Shown: in pieces, positions 11,801-23,470 of the stretch
How the letters are laid out: each line of letters opens with the position of its first letter
How positions within the stretch are numbered: the first letter of the stretch is position 1
From: Perkinsela sp. CCAP 1560/9
Taxonomy: Eukaryota > Protista > Euglenozoa: Kinetoplastea
Assembly (NCBI GenBank): GCA_965644495.1
Contig: CBFFSA010000035.1
Location: forward strand, 24,001 to 88,000
Direction of reading: 5' to 3'
DNA length: 64,000 bases
Translations under genes and position numbers: made by a program
The notes under the pieces: model-generated
Told to the model about the DNA's origin: nothing
Seen by the model: only the letters and a program-made list of their open reading frames with translations
Database searches by the model: none

Positions 11801-14800
11801 GTTAAGACCCTTTCTTTTGTTAAGACCCTTTCTTTTATTAAGACCCTTTCTTTTGTTAAGACCCTTTCTTTTGTTAAGCCCCTTTCTTTTGTTAAGCCCC
11901 TTTCTTTTGTTAAGCCCCTTTCTTTTGTTAAGACCCTTTCTTTTGTTAAGCCCCTTTCTTTTGTTAAGACCCTTTCTTTTGTTAAGACCCTTTCTTTTGT
12001 TAAGACCTTTTCTTTTGTTAAGACCCTTTCTTTTGTTAAGCCCCTTTCTTTTGTTAAGACCCTTTCTTTTGTTAAGACCCTTTCTTTTGTTAAGACCCTT
12101 TCTTTTGTTAAGACCCTTTCTTTTGTTAAGACCCTTTCTTTTGTTAAGACCCTTTCTTTTGTTAAAACCCTTTCTTTTGTTAAGCCCCTTTCTTTTGTTA
12201 AGACCCTTTCTTTTGTTAAAACCCTTTCTTTTGTTAAGCCCCTTTCTTTTGTTAAGCCCCTTTCTTTTGTTAAGACCCTTTCTTTTGTTAAGACCCTTTC
12301 TTTTGTTAAGCCCCTTTCTTTTGTTAAGACCCTTTCTTTTGTTAAGAACCTTTCTTTTGTTAAGACCCTTTCTTTTGTTAAGACCCTTTCTTTTGTTAAG
12401 ACCCTTTCTTTTGTTAAGACCCTTTCTTTTGTTAAGACCTTTTCTTTTGTTAAGACCCTTTCTTTTGTTAAGACCCTTTCTTTTGTTAAGCCCCTTTCTT
12501 TTGTTAAGACCCTTTCTTTTGTTAAGCCCCTTTCTTTTGTTAAGCCCCTTTCTTTTGTTAAGACCCTTTCTTTTGTTAAGCCCCTTTCTTTTGTTAAGAC
12601 CCTTTCTTTTGTTAAGACACTTTCTTTTGTTAAGACCCTTTCTTTTGTTAAGCCCCTTTCTTTTGTTAAGACCCTTTCTTTTGTTAAGACCCTTTCTTTT
12701 GTTAAGACCCTTTCTTTTGTTAAGACCCTTTCTTTTGTTAAGACCCTTTCTTTTGTTAAGACCCTTTCTTTTGTTAAAACCCTTTCTTTTGTTAAGCCCC
12801 TTTCTTTTGTTAAGCCCCTTTCTTTTGTTAAGACCCTTTCTTTTGTTAAGACCCTTTCTTTTGTTAAGACCCTTTCTTTTGTTAAGACCCTTTCTTTTGT
12901 TAAGCCCCTTTCTTTTGTTAAGACCCTTTCTTTTGTTAAGACCCTTTCTTTTGTTAAGACCCTTTCTTTTGTTAAGCCCCTTTCTTTTGTTAAGACCCTT
13001 TCTTTTGTTAAGACCCTTTCTTTTGTTAAGACCCTTTCTTTTGTTAAGACCCTTTCTTTTGTTAAGACCCTTTCTTTTGTTAAGCCCCTTTCTTTTGTTA
13101 AGACCCTTTCTTTTGTTAAGACCCTTTCTTTTGTTAAGACCCTTTCTTTTGTTAAGACCCTTTCTTTTGTTAAGACCCTTTCTTTTGTTAAGACCCTTTC
13201 TTTTGTTAAAACCCTTTCTTTTGTTAAGCCCCTTTCTTTTGTTAAGCCCCTTTCTTTTGTTAAGACCCTTTCTTTTGTTAAGCCCCTTTCTTTTGTTAAG
13301 ACCCTTTCTTTTGTTAAGACCCTTTCTTTTGTTAAGACCCTTTCTTTTGTTAAGCCCCTTTCTTTTGTTAAGACCCTTTCTTTTGTTAAGACCCTTTCTT
13401 TTGTTAAGCCCCTTTCTTTTGTTAAGACCCTTTCTTTTGTTAAGCCCCTTTCTTTTGTCAAGACCCTTTCTTTTGTTAAGACCCTTTCTTTTGTTAAGAC
13501 CCTTTCTTTTGTTAAGACCCTTTCTTTTGTTAAGACCCTTTCTTTTGTTAAAACCCTTTCTTTTGTTAAGCCCCTTTCTTTTGTTAAGACCCTTTCTTTT
13601 GTTAAGACCCTTTCTTTTGTTAAAACCCTTTCTTTTGTTAAGCCCCTTTCTTTTGTTAAGACCCTTTCTTTTGTTAAGCCCCTTTCTTTTGTTAAGACCC
13701 TTTCTTTTGTTAAGACCCTTTCTTTTGTTAAGCCCCTTTCTTTTGTTAAGACCCTTTCTTTTGTTAAGACCCTTTCTTTTGTTAAGACCCTTTCTTTTGT
13801 TAAGCCCCTTTTTTTTGTTAAGACCCTTTCTTTTGTTAAGACCCTTTCTTTTGTTAAGACCCTTTCTTTTGTTAAGACCCTTTCTTTTGTTAAGACCCTT
13901 TCTTTTGTTAAGACCCTTTCTTTTGTTAAGACCCTTTCTTTTGTTAAGACCCTTTCTTTTGCTAACACCCTTCCTTTTGTTAAGACCCTTTCTTTTGTTA
14001 AGACCCTTTCTTTTGTTAAGACCCTTTCTTTTGTTAAGACCCTTTCTTTTGTTAAGACCCTTTCTTTTGTTAAGACCCTTTCTTTTGTTAAGACCCTTTC
14101 TTTTGTTAAGACCCTTTCTTTTGTTAAGACCCTTTCTTTTGTTAAGACCCTTTCTTTTGTTAAGACCCTTTCTTTTGTTAAGACCCTTTCTTTTATTAAG
14201 ATCCTTTCTTTTGTTAAGACCCTTTCTTTTGTTAAGCCCCTTTCTTTTGTTAAGCCCCTTTCTTTTGTTAAGCCCCTTTCTTTTGTTAAGACCCTTTCTT
14301 TTGTTAAGCCCCTTTCTTTTGTTAAGACCCTTTCTTTTGTTAAGACCCTTTCTTTTGTTAAGACCTTTTCTTTTGTTAAGACCCTTTCTTTTGTTAAGCC
14401 CCTTTCTTTTGTTAAGACCCTTTCTTTTGTTAAGACCCTTTCTTTTGTTAAGACCCTTTCTTTTGTTAAGACCCTTTCTTTTGTTAAAACCCTTTCTTTT
14501 GTTAAGCCCCTTTCTTTTGTTAAGACCCTTTCTTTTGTTAAAACCCTTTCTTTTGTTAAGACCCTTTCTTTTGTTAAGACCCTTTCTTTTGTTAAGCCCC
14601 TTTCTTTTGTTAAGACCCTTTCTTTTGTTAAGACCCTTTCTTTTGTTAAGCCCCTTTCTTTTGTTAAGCCCCTTTCTTTTGTTAAGACCCTTTCTTTTGT
14701 TAAGACCCTTTCTTTTGTTAAGCCCCTTTCTTTTGTTAAGACCTTTTCTTTTGTTAAGCCCCTTTTTTTTGTTAAGACCCTTTCTTTTGTTAAGACCCTT

Positions 14801-17800
14801 TCTTTTGTTAAGACCCTTTCTTTTGTTAAGACCCTTTCTTTTGTTAAGACCCTTTCTTTTGTTAAAACCCTTTCTTTTGTTAAGCCCCTTTCTTTTGTTA
14901 AGACCCTTTCTTTTGTTAAGACCCTTTCTTTTGTTAAGACCCTTTCTTTTGTTAAGCCCCTTTCTTTTGTTAAGACCCTTTCTTTTGTTAAGACCCTTTC
15001 TTTTGTTAAGACCCTTTCTTTTGTTAAGACCCTTTCTTTTGTTAAAACCCTTTCTTTTGTTAAGCCCCTTTCTTTTGTTAAGCCCCTTTCTTTTGTTAAG
15101 ACCCTTTCTTTTGTTAAGATCCTTTCTTTTGTTAAGACCCTTTCTTTTGTTAAGACCCTTTCTTTTGTTAAGACCCTTTCTTTTGTTAAGACCCTTTCTT
15201 TTGTTAAGACCCTTTCTTTTGTTAAGCCCCTTTCTTTTGTTAAGACCCTTTCTTTTGTTAAGACCCTTTCTTTTGTTAAGACCCTTTCTTTTGTTAAGCC
15301 CCTTTTTTTTGTTAAGACCCTTTCTTTTGTTAAGACCCTTTCTTTTGTTAAGACCCTTTCTTTTGTTAAGACCCTTTCTTTTGTTAAGCCCCTTTCTTTT
15401 GTTAAGACCCTTTCTTTTGTTAAGACCCTTTCTTTTGTTAAGACCCTTTCTTTTGTTAAGCCCCTTTTTTTTGTTAAGACCCTTTCTTTTGTTAAGACCC
15501 TTTCTTTTGTTAAGACCCTTTCTTTTGTTAAGACCCTTTCTTTTGTTAAGACCCTTTCTTTTGTTAAGACCCTTTCTTTTGTTAAGACCCTTTCTTTTGC
15601 TAAGACCCTTCCTTTTGTTAAGACCCTTTCTTTTGTTAAGACCCTTTCTTTTGTTAAGACCCTTTCTTTTGTTAAGACCCTTTCTTTTGTTAAGACCCTT
15701 TCTTTTGTTAAGACCCTTTCTTTTATTAAGACCCTTTCTTTTGTTAAGACCCTTTCTTTTGTTAAGCCCCTTTCTTTTGTTAAGCCCCTTTCTTTTGTTA
15801 AGACCCTTTCTTTTGTTAAGCCCCTTTCTTTTGTTAAGACCCTTTCTTTTGTTAAGACCCTTTCTTTTGTTAAGACCCTTTCTTTTGTTAAGACCCTTTC
15901 TTTTGTTAAGCCCCTTTCTTTTGTTAAGACCCTTTCTTTTGTTAAGACCCTTTCTTTTGTTAAGACCCTTTCTTTTGTTAAGACCCTTTCTTTTGTTAAG
16001 ACCCTTTCTTTTGTTAAGCCCCTTTCTTTTGTTAAGACCCTTTCTTTTGTTAAGACCCTTTCTTTTGTTAAGACCCTTTCTTTTGTTAAGACACTTTCTT
16101 TTGTTAAGACCCTTTCTTTTGTTAAGACCCTTTCTTTTGTTAAAACCCTTTCTTTTGTTAAGCCCCTTTCTTTTGTTAAGCCCCTTTCTTTTGTTAAGAC
16201 CCTTTCTTTTGTTAAGCCCCTTTCTTTTGTTAAGACCCTTTCTTTTGTTAAGCCCCTTTCTTTTGTTAAGACCCTTTCTTTTGTTAAGACCCTTTCTTTT
16301 GTTAAGCCCCTTTCTTTTGTTAAGACCCTTTCTTTTGTTAAGACCCTTTCTTTTGTTAAGCCCCTTTCTTTTGTTAAGACCCTTTCTTTTGTTAAGCCCC
16401 TTTCTTTTGTTAAGACCCTTTCTTTTGTTAAGACCCTTTCTTTTGTTAAGACTCTTTCTTTTGTTAAGACCCTTTCTTTTGTTAAGACCCTTTCTTTTGT
16501 TAAAACCCTTTCTTTTGTTAAGCCCCTTTCTTTTGTTAAGACCCTTTCTTTTGTTAAGCCCCTTTCTTTTGTTAAGACCCTTTCTTTTGTTAAGACCCTT
16601 TCTTTTGTTAAGACCCTTTCTTTTGTTAAGACCCTTTCTTTTGTTAAAACCCTTTCTTTTGTTAAGACCCTTTCTTTTGTTAAGCCCCTTTCTTTTGTTA
16701 AGACCCTTTCTTTTGTTAAGACCCTTTCTTTTGTTAAGACCCTTTCTTTTGTTAAGCCCCTTTTTTTTGTTAAGACCCTTTCTTTTGTTAAGACCCTTTC
16801 TTTTGTTAAGACCCTTTCTTTTGTTAAGACCCTTTCTTTTGCTAAGACCCTTCCTTTTGTTAAGACCCTTTCTTTTGTTAAGACCCTTTCTTTTGTTAAG
16901 ACCCTTTCTTTTGTTAAGACCCTTTCTTTTGTTAAGCCCCTTTCTTTTGTTAAGCCCCTTTCTTTTGTTAAGACCCTTTCTTTTGTTAAGACCCTTTCTT
17001 TTGTTAAGACCCTTTCTTTTGTTAAGACCTTTTCTTTTGTTAAGACCCTTTCTTTTGTTAAGCCCCTTTCTTTTGTTAAGACCCTTTCTTTTGTTAAGAC
17101 CCTTTCTTTTGTTAAGACCCTTTCTTTTGTTAAGACCCTTTCTTTTGTTAAGACCCTTTCTTTTGTTAAGACCCTTTCTTTTGTTAAAACCCTTTCTTTT
17201 GTTAAGCCCCTTTCTTTTGTTAAGACCCTTTCTTTTGTTAAAACCCTTTCTTTTGTTAAGCCCCTTTCTTTTGTTAAGCCCCTTTCTTTTGTTAAGACCC
17301 TTTCTTTTGTTAAGACCCTTTCTTTTGTTAAGCCCCTTTCTTTTGTTAAGACCCTTTCTTTTGTTAAGAACCTTTCTTTTGTTAAGACCCTTTCTTTTGT
17401 TAAGACCCTTTCTTTTGTTAAGACCCTTTCTTTTGTTAAGACCCTTTCTTTTGTTAAGACCTTTTCTTTTGTTAAGACCCTTTCTTTTGTTAAGACCCTT
17501 TCTTTTGTTAAGCCCCTTTCTTTTGTTAAGACCCTTTCTTTTGTTAAGCCCCTTTCTTTTGTTAAGCCCCTTTCTTTTGTTAAGACCCTTTCTTTTGTTA
17601 AGCCCCTTTCTTTTGTTAAGACCCTTTCTTTTGTTAAGACCCTTTCTTTTGTTAAGACCCTTTCTTTTGTTAAGCCCCTTTCTTTTGTTAAGACCCTTTC
17701 TTTTGTTAAGACCCTTTCTTTTGTTAAGACCCTTTCTTTTGTTAAGACCCTTTCTTTTGTTAAGACCCTTTCTTTTGTTAAGACCCTTTCTTTTGTTAAA

Positions 17801-20800
17801 ACCCTTTCTTTTGTTAAGCCCCTTTCTTTTGTTAAGCCCCTTTCTTTTGTTAAGACCCTTTCTTTTGTTAAGACCCTTTCTTTTGTTAAGACCCTTTCTT
17901 TTGTTAAGCCCCTTTCTTTTGTTAAGACCCTTTCTTTTGTTAAGACCCTTTCTTTTGTTAAGACCCTTTCTTTTGTTAAGACCCTTTCTTTTGTTAAGAC
18001 CCTTTCTTTTATAAAGACCCTTTCTTTTGTTAAGACCCTTTCTTTTGTTAAGCCCCTTTCTTTTGTTAAGCCCCTTTCTTTTGTTAAGACCCTTTCTTTT
18101 GTTAAGCCCCTTTCTTTTGTTAAGCCCCTTTCTTTTGTTAAGACCCTTTCTTTTGTTAAGACCCTTTCTTTTGTTAAGACCCTTTCTTTTGTTAAGACCC
18201 TTTCTTTTGTTAAGCCCCTTTCTTTTGTTAAGACCCTTTCTTTTGTTAAGACCCTTTCTTTTGTTAAGACCCTTTCTTTTGTTAAGACCCTTTCTTTTGT
18301 TAAGACCCTTTCTTTTGTTAAGCCCCTTTCTTTTGTTAAGACCCTTTCTTTTGTTAAGACCCTTTCTTTTGTTAAGACCCTTTCTTTTGTTAAGACCCTT
18401 TCTTTTGTTAAGACCCTTTCTTTTGTTAAGACCCTTTCTTTTGTTAAAACCCTTTCTTTTGTTAAGCCCCTTTCTTTTGTTAAGCCCCTTTCTTTTGTTA
18501 AGACCCTTTCTTTTGTTAAGCCCCTTTCTTTTGTTAAGACCCTTTCTTTTGTTAAGACCCTTTCTTTTGTTAAGACCCTTTCTTTTGTTAAGCCCCTTTC
18601 TTTTGTTAAGACCCTTTCTTTTGTTAAGACCCTTTCTTTTGTTAAGCCCCTTTCTTTTGTTAAGACCCTTTCTTTTGTTAAGCCCCTTTCTTTTGTTAAG
18701 ACCCTTTCTTTTGTTAAGACCCTTTCTTTTGTTAAGACCCTTTCTTTTGTTAAGACCCTTTCTTTTGTTAAGACCCTTTCTTTTGTTAAAACCCTTTCTT
18801 TTGTTAAGCCCCTTTCTTTTGTTAAGACCCTTTCTTTTGTTATGACCCTTTCTTTTGTTAAAACCCTTTCTTTTGTTAAGCCCCTTTCTTTTGTTAAGAC
18901 CCTTTCTTTTGCTAAGACCCTTCCTTTTGTTAAGACCCTTTCTTTTGTTAAGACCCTTTCTTTTGTTAAGACCCTTTCTTTTGTTAAGACCCTTTCTTTT
19001 GTTAAGACCCTTTCTTTTGTTAAGACCCTTTCTTTTGTTAAGACCCTTTCTTTTGTTAAGACCCTTTCTTTTGTTAAGACCCTTTCTTTTGTTAAGACCC
19101 TTTCTTTTGTTAAGACCCTTTCTTTTGTTAAGACCCTTTCTTTTGTTAAGACCCTTTCTTTTGTTAAGACCCTTTCTTTTGTTAAGACCCTTTCTTTTGT
19201 TAAGACCCTTTCTTTTATTAAGATCCTTTCTTTTGTTAAGACCCTTTCTTTTGTTAAGCCCCTTTCTTTTGTTAAGCCCCTTTCTTTTGTTAAGCCCCTT
19301 TCTTTTGTTAAGACCCTTTCTTTTGTTAAGCCCCTTTCTTTTGTTAAGACCCTTTCTTTTGTTAAGACCCTTTCTTTTGTTAAGACCTTTTCTTTTGTTA
19401 AGACCCTTTCTTTTGTTAAGCCCCTTTCTTTTGTTAAGACCCTTTCTTTTGTTAAGACCCTTTCTTTTGTTAAGACCCTTTCTTTTGTTAAGACCCTTTC
19501 TTTTGTTAAGACCCTTTCTTTTGTTAAAACCCTTTCTTTTGTTAAGCCCCTTTCTTTTGTTAAGACCCTTTCTTTTGTTAAAACCCTTTCTTTTGTTAAG
19601 ACCCTTTCTTTTGTTAAGCCCCTTTCTTTTGTTAAGACCCTTTCTTTTGTTAAGACCCTTTCTTTTGTTAAGCCCCTTTCTTTTGTTAAGCCCCTTTCTT
19701 TTGTTAAGACCCTTTCTTTTGTTAAGACCCTTTCTTTTGTTAAGCCCCTTTCTTTTGTTAAGACCTTTTCTTTTGTTAAGCCCCTTTTTTTTGTTAAGAC
19801 CCTTTCTTTTGTTAAGACCCTTTCTTTTGTTAAGACCCTTTCTTTTGTTAAGACCCTTTCTTTTGTTAAGACCCTTTCTTTTGTTAAAACCCTTTCTTTT
19901 GTTAAGCCCCTTTCTTTTGTTAAGACCCTTTCTTTTGTTAAGACCCTTTCTTTTGTTAAGACCCTTTCTTTTGTTAAGCCCCTTTCTTTTGTTAAGACCC
20001 TTTCTTTTGTTAAGACCCTTTCTTTTGTTAAGACCCTTTCTTTTGTTAAGACCCTTTCTTTTGTTAAAACCCTTTCTTTTGTTAAGCCCCTTTCTTTTGT
20101 TAAGCCCCTTTCTTTTGTTAAGACCCTTTCTTTTGTTAAGACCCTTTCTTTTGTTAAGACCCTTTCTTTTGTTAAGACCCTTTCTTTTGTTAAGACCCTT
20201 TCTTTTGTTAAGACCCTTTCTTTTGTTAAGACCCTTTCTTTTGTTAAGCCCCTTTCTTTTGTTAAGACCCTTTCTTTTGTTAAGACCCTTTCTTTTGTTA
20301 AGACCCTTTCTTTTGTTAAGCCCCTTTTTTTTGTTAAGACCCTTTCTTTTGTTAAGACCCTTTCTTTTGTTAAGACCCTTTCTTTTGTTAAGACCCTTTC
20401 TTTTGTTAAGCCCCTTTCTTTTGTTAAGACCCTTTCTTTTGTTAAGACCCTTTCTTTTGTTAAGACCCTTTCTTTTGTTAAGCCCCTTTTTTTTGTTAAG
20501 ACCCTTTCTTTTGTTAAGACCCTTTCTTTTGTTAAGACCCTTTCTTTTGTTAAGACCCTTTCTTTTGTTAAGACCCTTTCTTTTGTTAAGACCCTTTCTT
20601 TTGTTAAGACCCTTTCTTTTGCTAAGACCCTTCCTTTTGTTAAGACCCTTTCTTTTGTTAAGACCCTTTCTTTTGTTAAGACCCTTTCTTTTGTTAAGAC
20701 CCTTTCTTTTGTTAAGACCCTTTCTTTTGCTAAGACCCTTCCTTTTGTTAAGCCCCTTTTTTTTGTTAAGACCCTTTCTTTTGTTAAGACCCTTTCTTTT

Positions 20801-22401
20801 GTTAAGACCCTTTCTTTTGTTAAGACCCTTTCTTTTGTTAAGACCCTTTCTTTTGCTAAGACCCTTCCTTTTGTTAAGACCCTTTCTTTTGTTAAGACCC
20901 TTTCTTTTGTTAAGACCCTTTCTTTTGTTAAGACCCTTTCTTTTGTTAAGCCCCTTTCTTTTGTTAAGCCCCTTTCTTTTGTTAAGACCCTTTCTTTTGT
21001 TAAGACCCTTTCTTTTGTTAAGACCCTTTCTTTTGTTAAGACCTTTTCTTTTGTTAAGACCCTTTCTTTTGTTAAGCCCCTTTCTTTTGTTAAGACCCTT
21101 TCTTTTGTTAAGACCCTTTCTTTTGTTAAGACCCTTTCTTTTGTTAAGACCCTTTCTTTTGTTAAGACCCTTTCTTTTGTTAAGACCCTTTCTTTTGTTA
21201 AGACCCTTTCTTTTGTTAAAACCCTTTCTTTTGTTAAGCCCCTTTCTTTTGTTAAGACCCTTTCTTTTGTTAAAACCCTTTCTTTTGTTAAGCCCCTTTC
21301 TTTTGTTAAGCCCCTTTCTTTTGTTAAGACCCTTTCTTTTGTTAAGACCCTTTCTTTTGTTAAGCCCCTTTCTTTTGTTAAGACCCTTTCTTTTGTTAAG
21401 AACCTTTCTTTTGTTAAGACCCTTTCTTTTGTTAAGACCCTTTCTTTTGTTAAGCCCCTTTCTTTTGTTAAGCCCCTTTCTTTTGTTAAGACCCTTTCTT
21501 TTGTTAAGACCCTTTCTTTTGTTAAGCCCCTTTCTTTTGTTAAGACCTTTTCTTTTGTTAAGCCCCTTTTTTTTGTTAAGACCCTTTCTTTTGTTAAGAC
21601 CCTTTCTTTTGTTAAGACCCTTTCTTTTGTTAAGACCCTTTCTTTTGTTAAGACCCTTTCTTTTGTTAAAACCCTTTCTTTTGTTAAGCCCCTTTCTTTT
21701 GTTAAGACCCTTTCTTTTGTTAAGACCCTTTCTTTTGTTAAGACCCTTTCTTTTGTTAAGCCCCTTTCTTTTGTTAAGACCATTTCTTTTGTTAAGACCC
21801 TTTCTTTTGTTAAGACCCTTTCTTTTGTTAAGACCCTTTCTTTTGTTAAAACCCTTTCTTTTGTTAAGCCCCTTTCTTTTGTTAAGCCCCTTTCTTTTGT
21901 TAAGACCCTTTCTTTTGTTAAGACCCTTTCTTTTGTTAAGACCCTTTCTTTTGTTAAGACCCTTTCTTTTGTTAAGACCCTTTCTTTTGTTAAGACCCTT
22001 TCTTTTGTTAAGACCCTTTCTTTTGTTAAGCCCCTTTCTTTTGTTAAGACCCTTTCTTTTGTTAAGACCCTTTCTTTTGTTAAGACCCTTTCTTTTGTTA
22101 AGCCCCTTTTTTTTGTTAAGACCCTTTCTTTTGTTAAGACCCTTTCTTTTGTTAAGACCCTTTCTTTTGTTAAGACCCTTTCTTTTGTTAAGCCCCTTTC
22201 TTTTGTTAAGACCCTTTCTTTTGTTAAGACCCTTTCTTTTGTTAAGACCCTTTCTTTTGTTAAGCCCCTTTTTTTTGTTAAGACCCTTTCTTTTGTTAAG
22301 ACCCTTTCTTTTGTTAAGACCCTTTCTTTTGTTAAGACCCTTTCTTTTGTTAAGACCCTTTCTTTTGTTAAGACCCTTTCTTTTGTTAAGACCCTTTCTT
22401 T
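5837..22401. repeat. 18-bp tandem satellite, left block (~920 units of GTTAAGMCCCTTTCTTTT)
   Basis: Perfect 18-bp phase from 5843 to 22385 (919 periods); substitution variants only. Confidence 0.99.
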
Positions 22402-22635
22402 GGCTCCACGGGCACTTCCGTGAGTTTTTGAGACACTTCGATGATTTCTCACCGAAGTGCCTACGTGTCACAGGGTGACTCATCGAAACGTCAATCTTCT
22501 CATCGGAGGTGATTTTAATTGCTTTGGAAAGAAAAAAATCGAGAACATGAAAATAAGAAAGCGGCGACACTGAGAATCTGTGTCTGCCACTTCCGCAGGT
22601 TTGTGTATTTGTTTTCCTATACTACGACACCTAGT

Positions 22636-22908
22636 TTACGTGTCTGGAGGCAAGGCCCAACTTTGAGAGAAGCCCACTTCTGGAGGCAAAAGCCCCCGTT
22701 TGCGAGCAAGGCCCAACTGTGAGCGTAGCCCTGGGACATAATTATATTTTTTGGCGACCCGCGCGCTCCATGCGGAGGTGGTGGATATTAGCACGGCGGG
22801 CGGATGAGTTGGCATCACGGCCTTCTTTTTCCATCGGGCACGAGGGAGCGGCAAAATCTCAGGAGCTACTCCTGATTCTTTTGCTTTGGAGCGTGTGAAC
22901 ACTCCCAT
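22636..22908 (-). CDS. Short ORF (90 aa, MGVFTRSKAK..) directly downstream of an SL exon; possibly the 5' fragment of a larger gene or element ORF
   Basis: First ATG, 23 nt after the SL exon, across a T-rich leader; no recognisable domain. Confidence 0.35.
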   Translation of the reverse strand: MGVFTRSKAKESGVAPEILPLPRARWKKKAVMPTHPPAVLISTTSAWSARVAKKYNYVPGLRSQLGLARKRGLLPPEVGFSQSWALPPDT

Positions 22909-22931
22909 GAAAGGTAAAAAAAGTAAATAAT

Positions 22932-22965
22932 CAACAAGGTACAGAAACTGTATCTTTATCGTTAA
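22932..22965 (-). other. Spliced-leader-like exon inside the TIR element
   Basis: Exact reverse complement of 1642-1675; extending to 22970 gives a 39-mer starting with AA; no GT donor after the terminal TTG. Confidence 0.85.
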
Positions 22966-23470
22966 AGATTATTGTACGTGTGCTTCTCTCTAGATTCGTG
23001 GGAAGCAATTTGCGAAGCCCAACTACCTTGATAACAAATTTTAGTACCCATTTTGGCCGCGCGGGGGCCCCCGCGTGAGCGGGGGTGCGCGCGGCCGCGA
23101 AACGGCGAGGGCCCGCGTGAGCGGGGCTGAGCCGTACCCCGCGTAGGATTCCCCTGTTCGTCGTTAGTGGGAAGCAATTTGCGAAGCTCACTGAATTTCG
23201 TAGTTTTCGCTACGCAGGCGTTGTCAACGTATATAGTGAAGTGTAGGATACTGAACGCACGGAAAATGAAAATCGCGCTGGCGCGCGGGTCGCGCACTGA
23301 GAACCTATGTCTGCCACTTCCGCAGGATTGTGTATTTGTTTTTTAGTCGAAAATGCAGCTACCACCTCAAAAGTAATTAAAATCACCTTCGATGAGTTTC
23401 TTTCGTTTCGATGATTTTCGTTTTGACACGTGGGCGTTTCGATGAGTACTCACGGAAGTGTCCTCGTACC

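Larger units (their letters stand above)
22568..23342. repeat. 48-bp direct repeat pair (22568-22615 and 23295-23342) bracketing the cargo of the TIR element
   Basis: CACTGAGAATCTGTGTCTGCCACTTCCGCAGGTTTGTGTATTTGTTTT versus CACTGAGAACCTATGTCTGCCACTTCCGCAGGATTGTGTATTTGTTTT (3 mismatches). Confidence 0.9.
22402..23470. mobile_element. Non-autonomous TIR (class II-like) element, 1,069 bp, 9-bp TSD; Merlin- or Mutator-like
   Basis: Ends GG..CC; TSD CCTTTCTTT at 22393-22401 and 23471-23479; removing the element plus one TSD restores satellite phase; imperfect ~110-125 bp inverted repeats (CACTTCCGTGAGT; CTCATCGGAGGTGATTTTAATTGCTTT versus reverse complement at ~23369-23460); no transposase. Confidence 0.8.

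Noticed and set aside
22900-22970. Functional SL RNA gene (also at 1642-1675)
   Set aside because: No GT donor after the exon-terminal TTG, and the downstream sequences of the two copies differ, so there is no conserved intron
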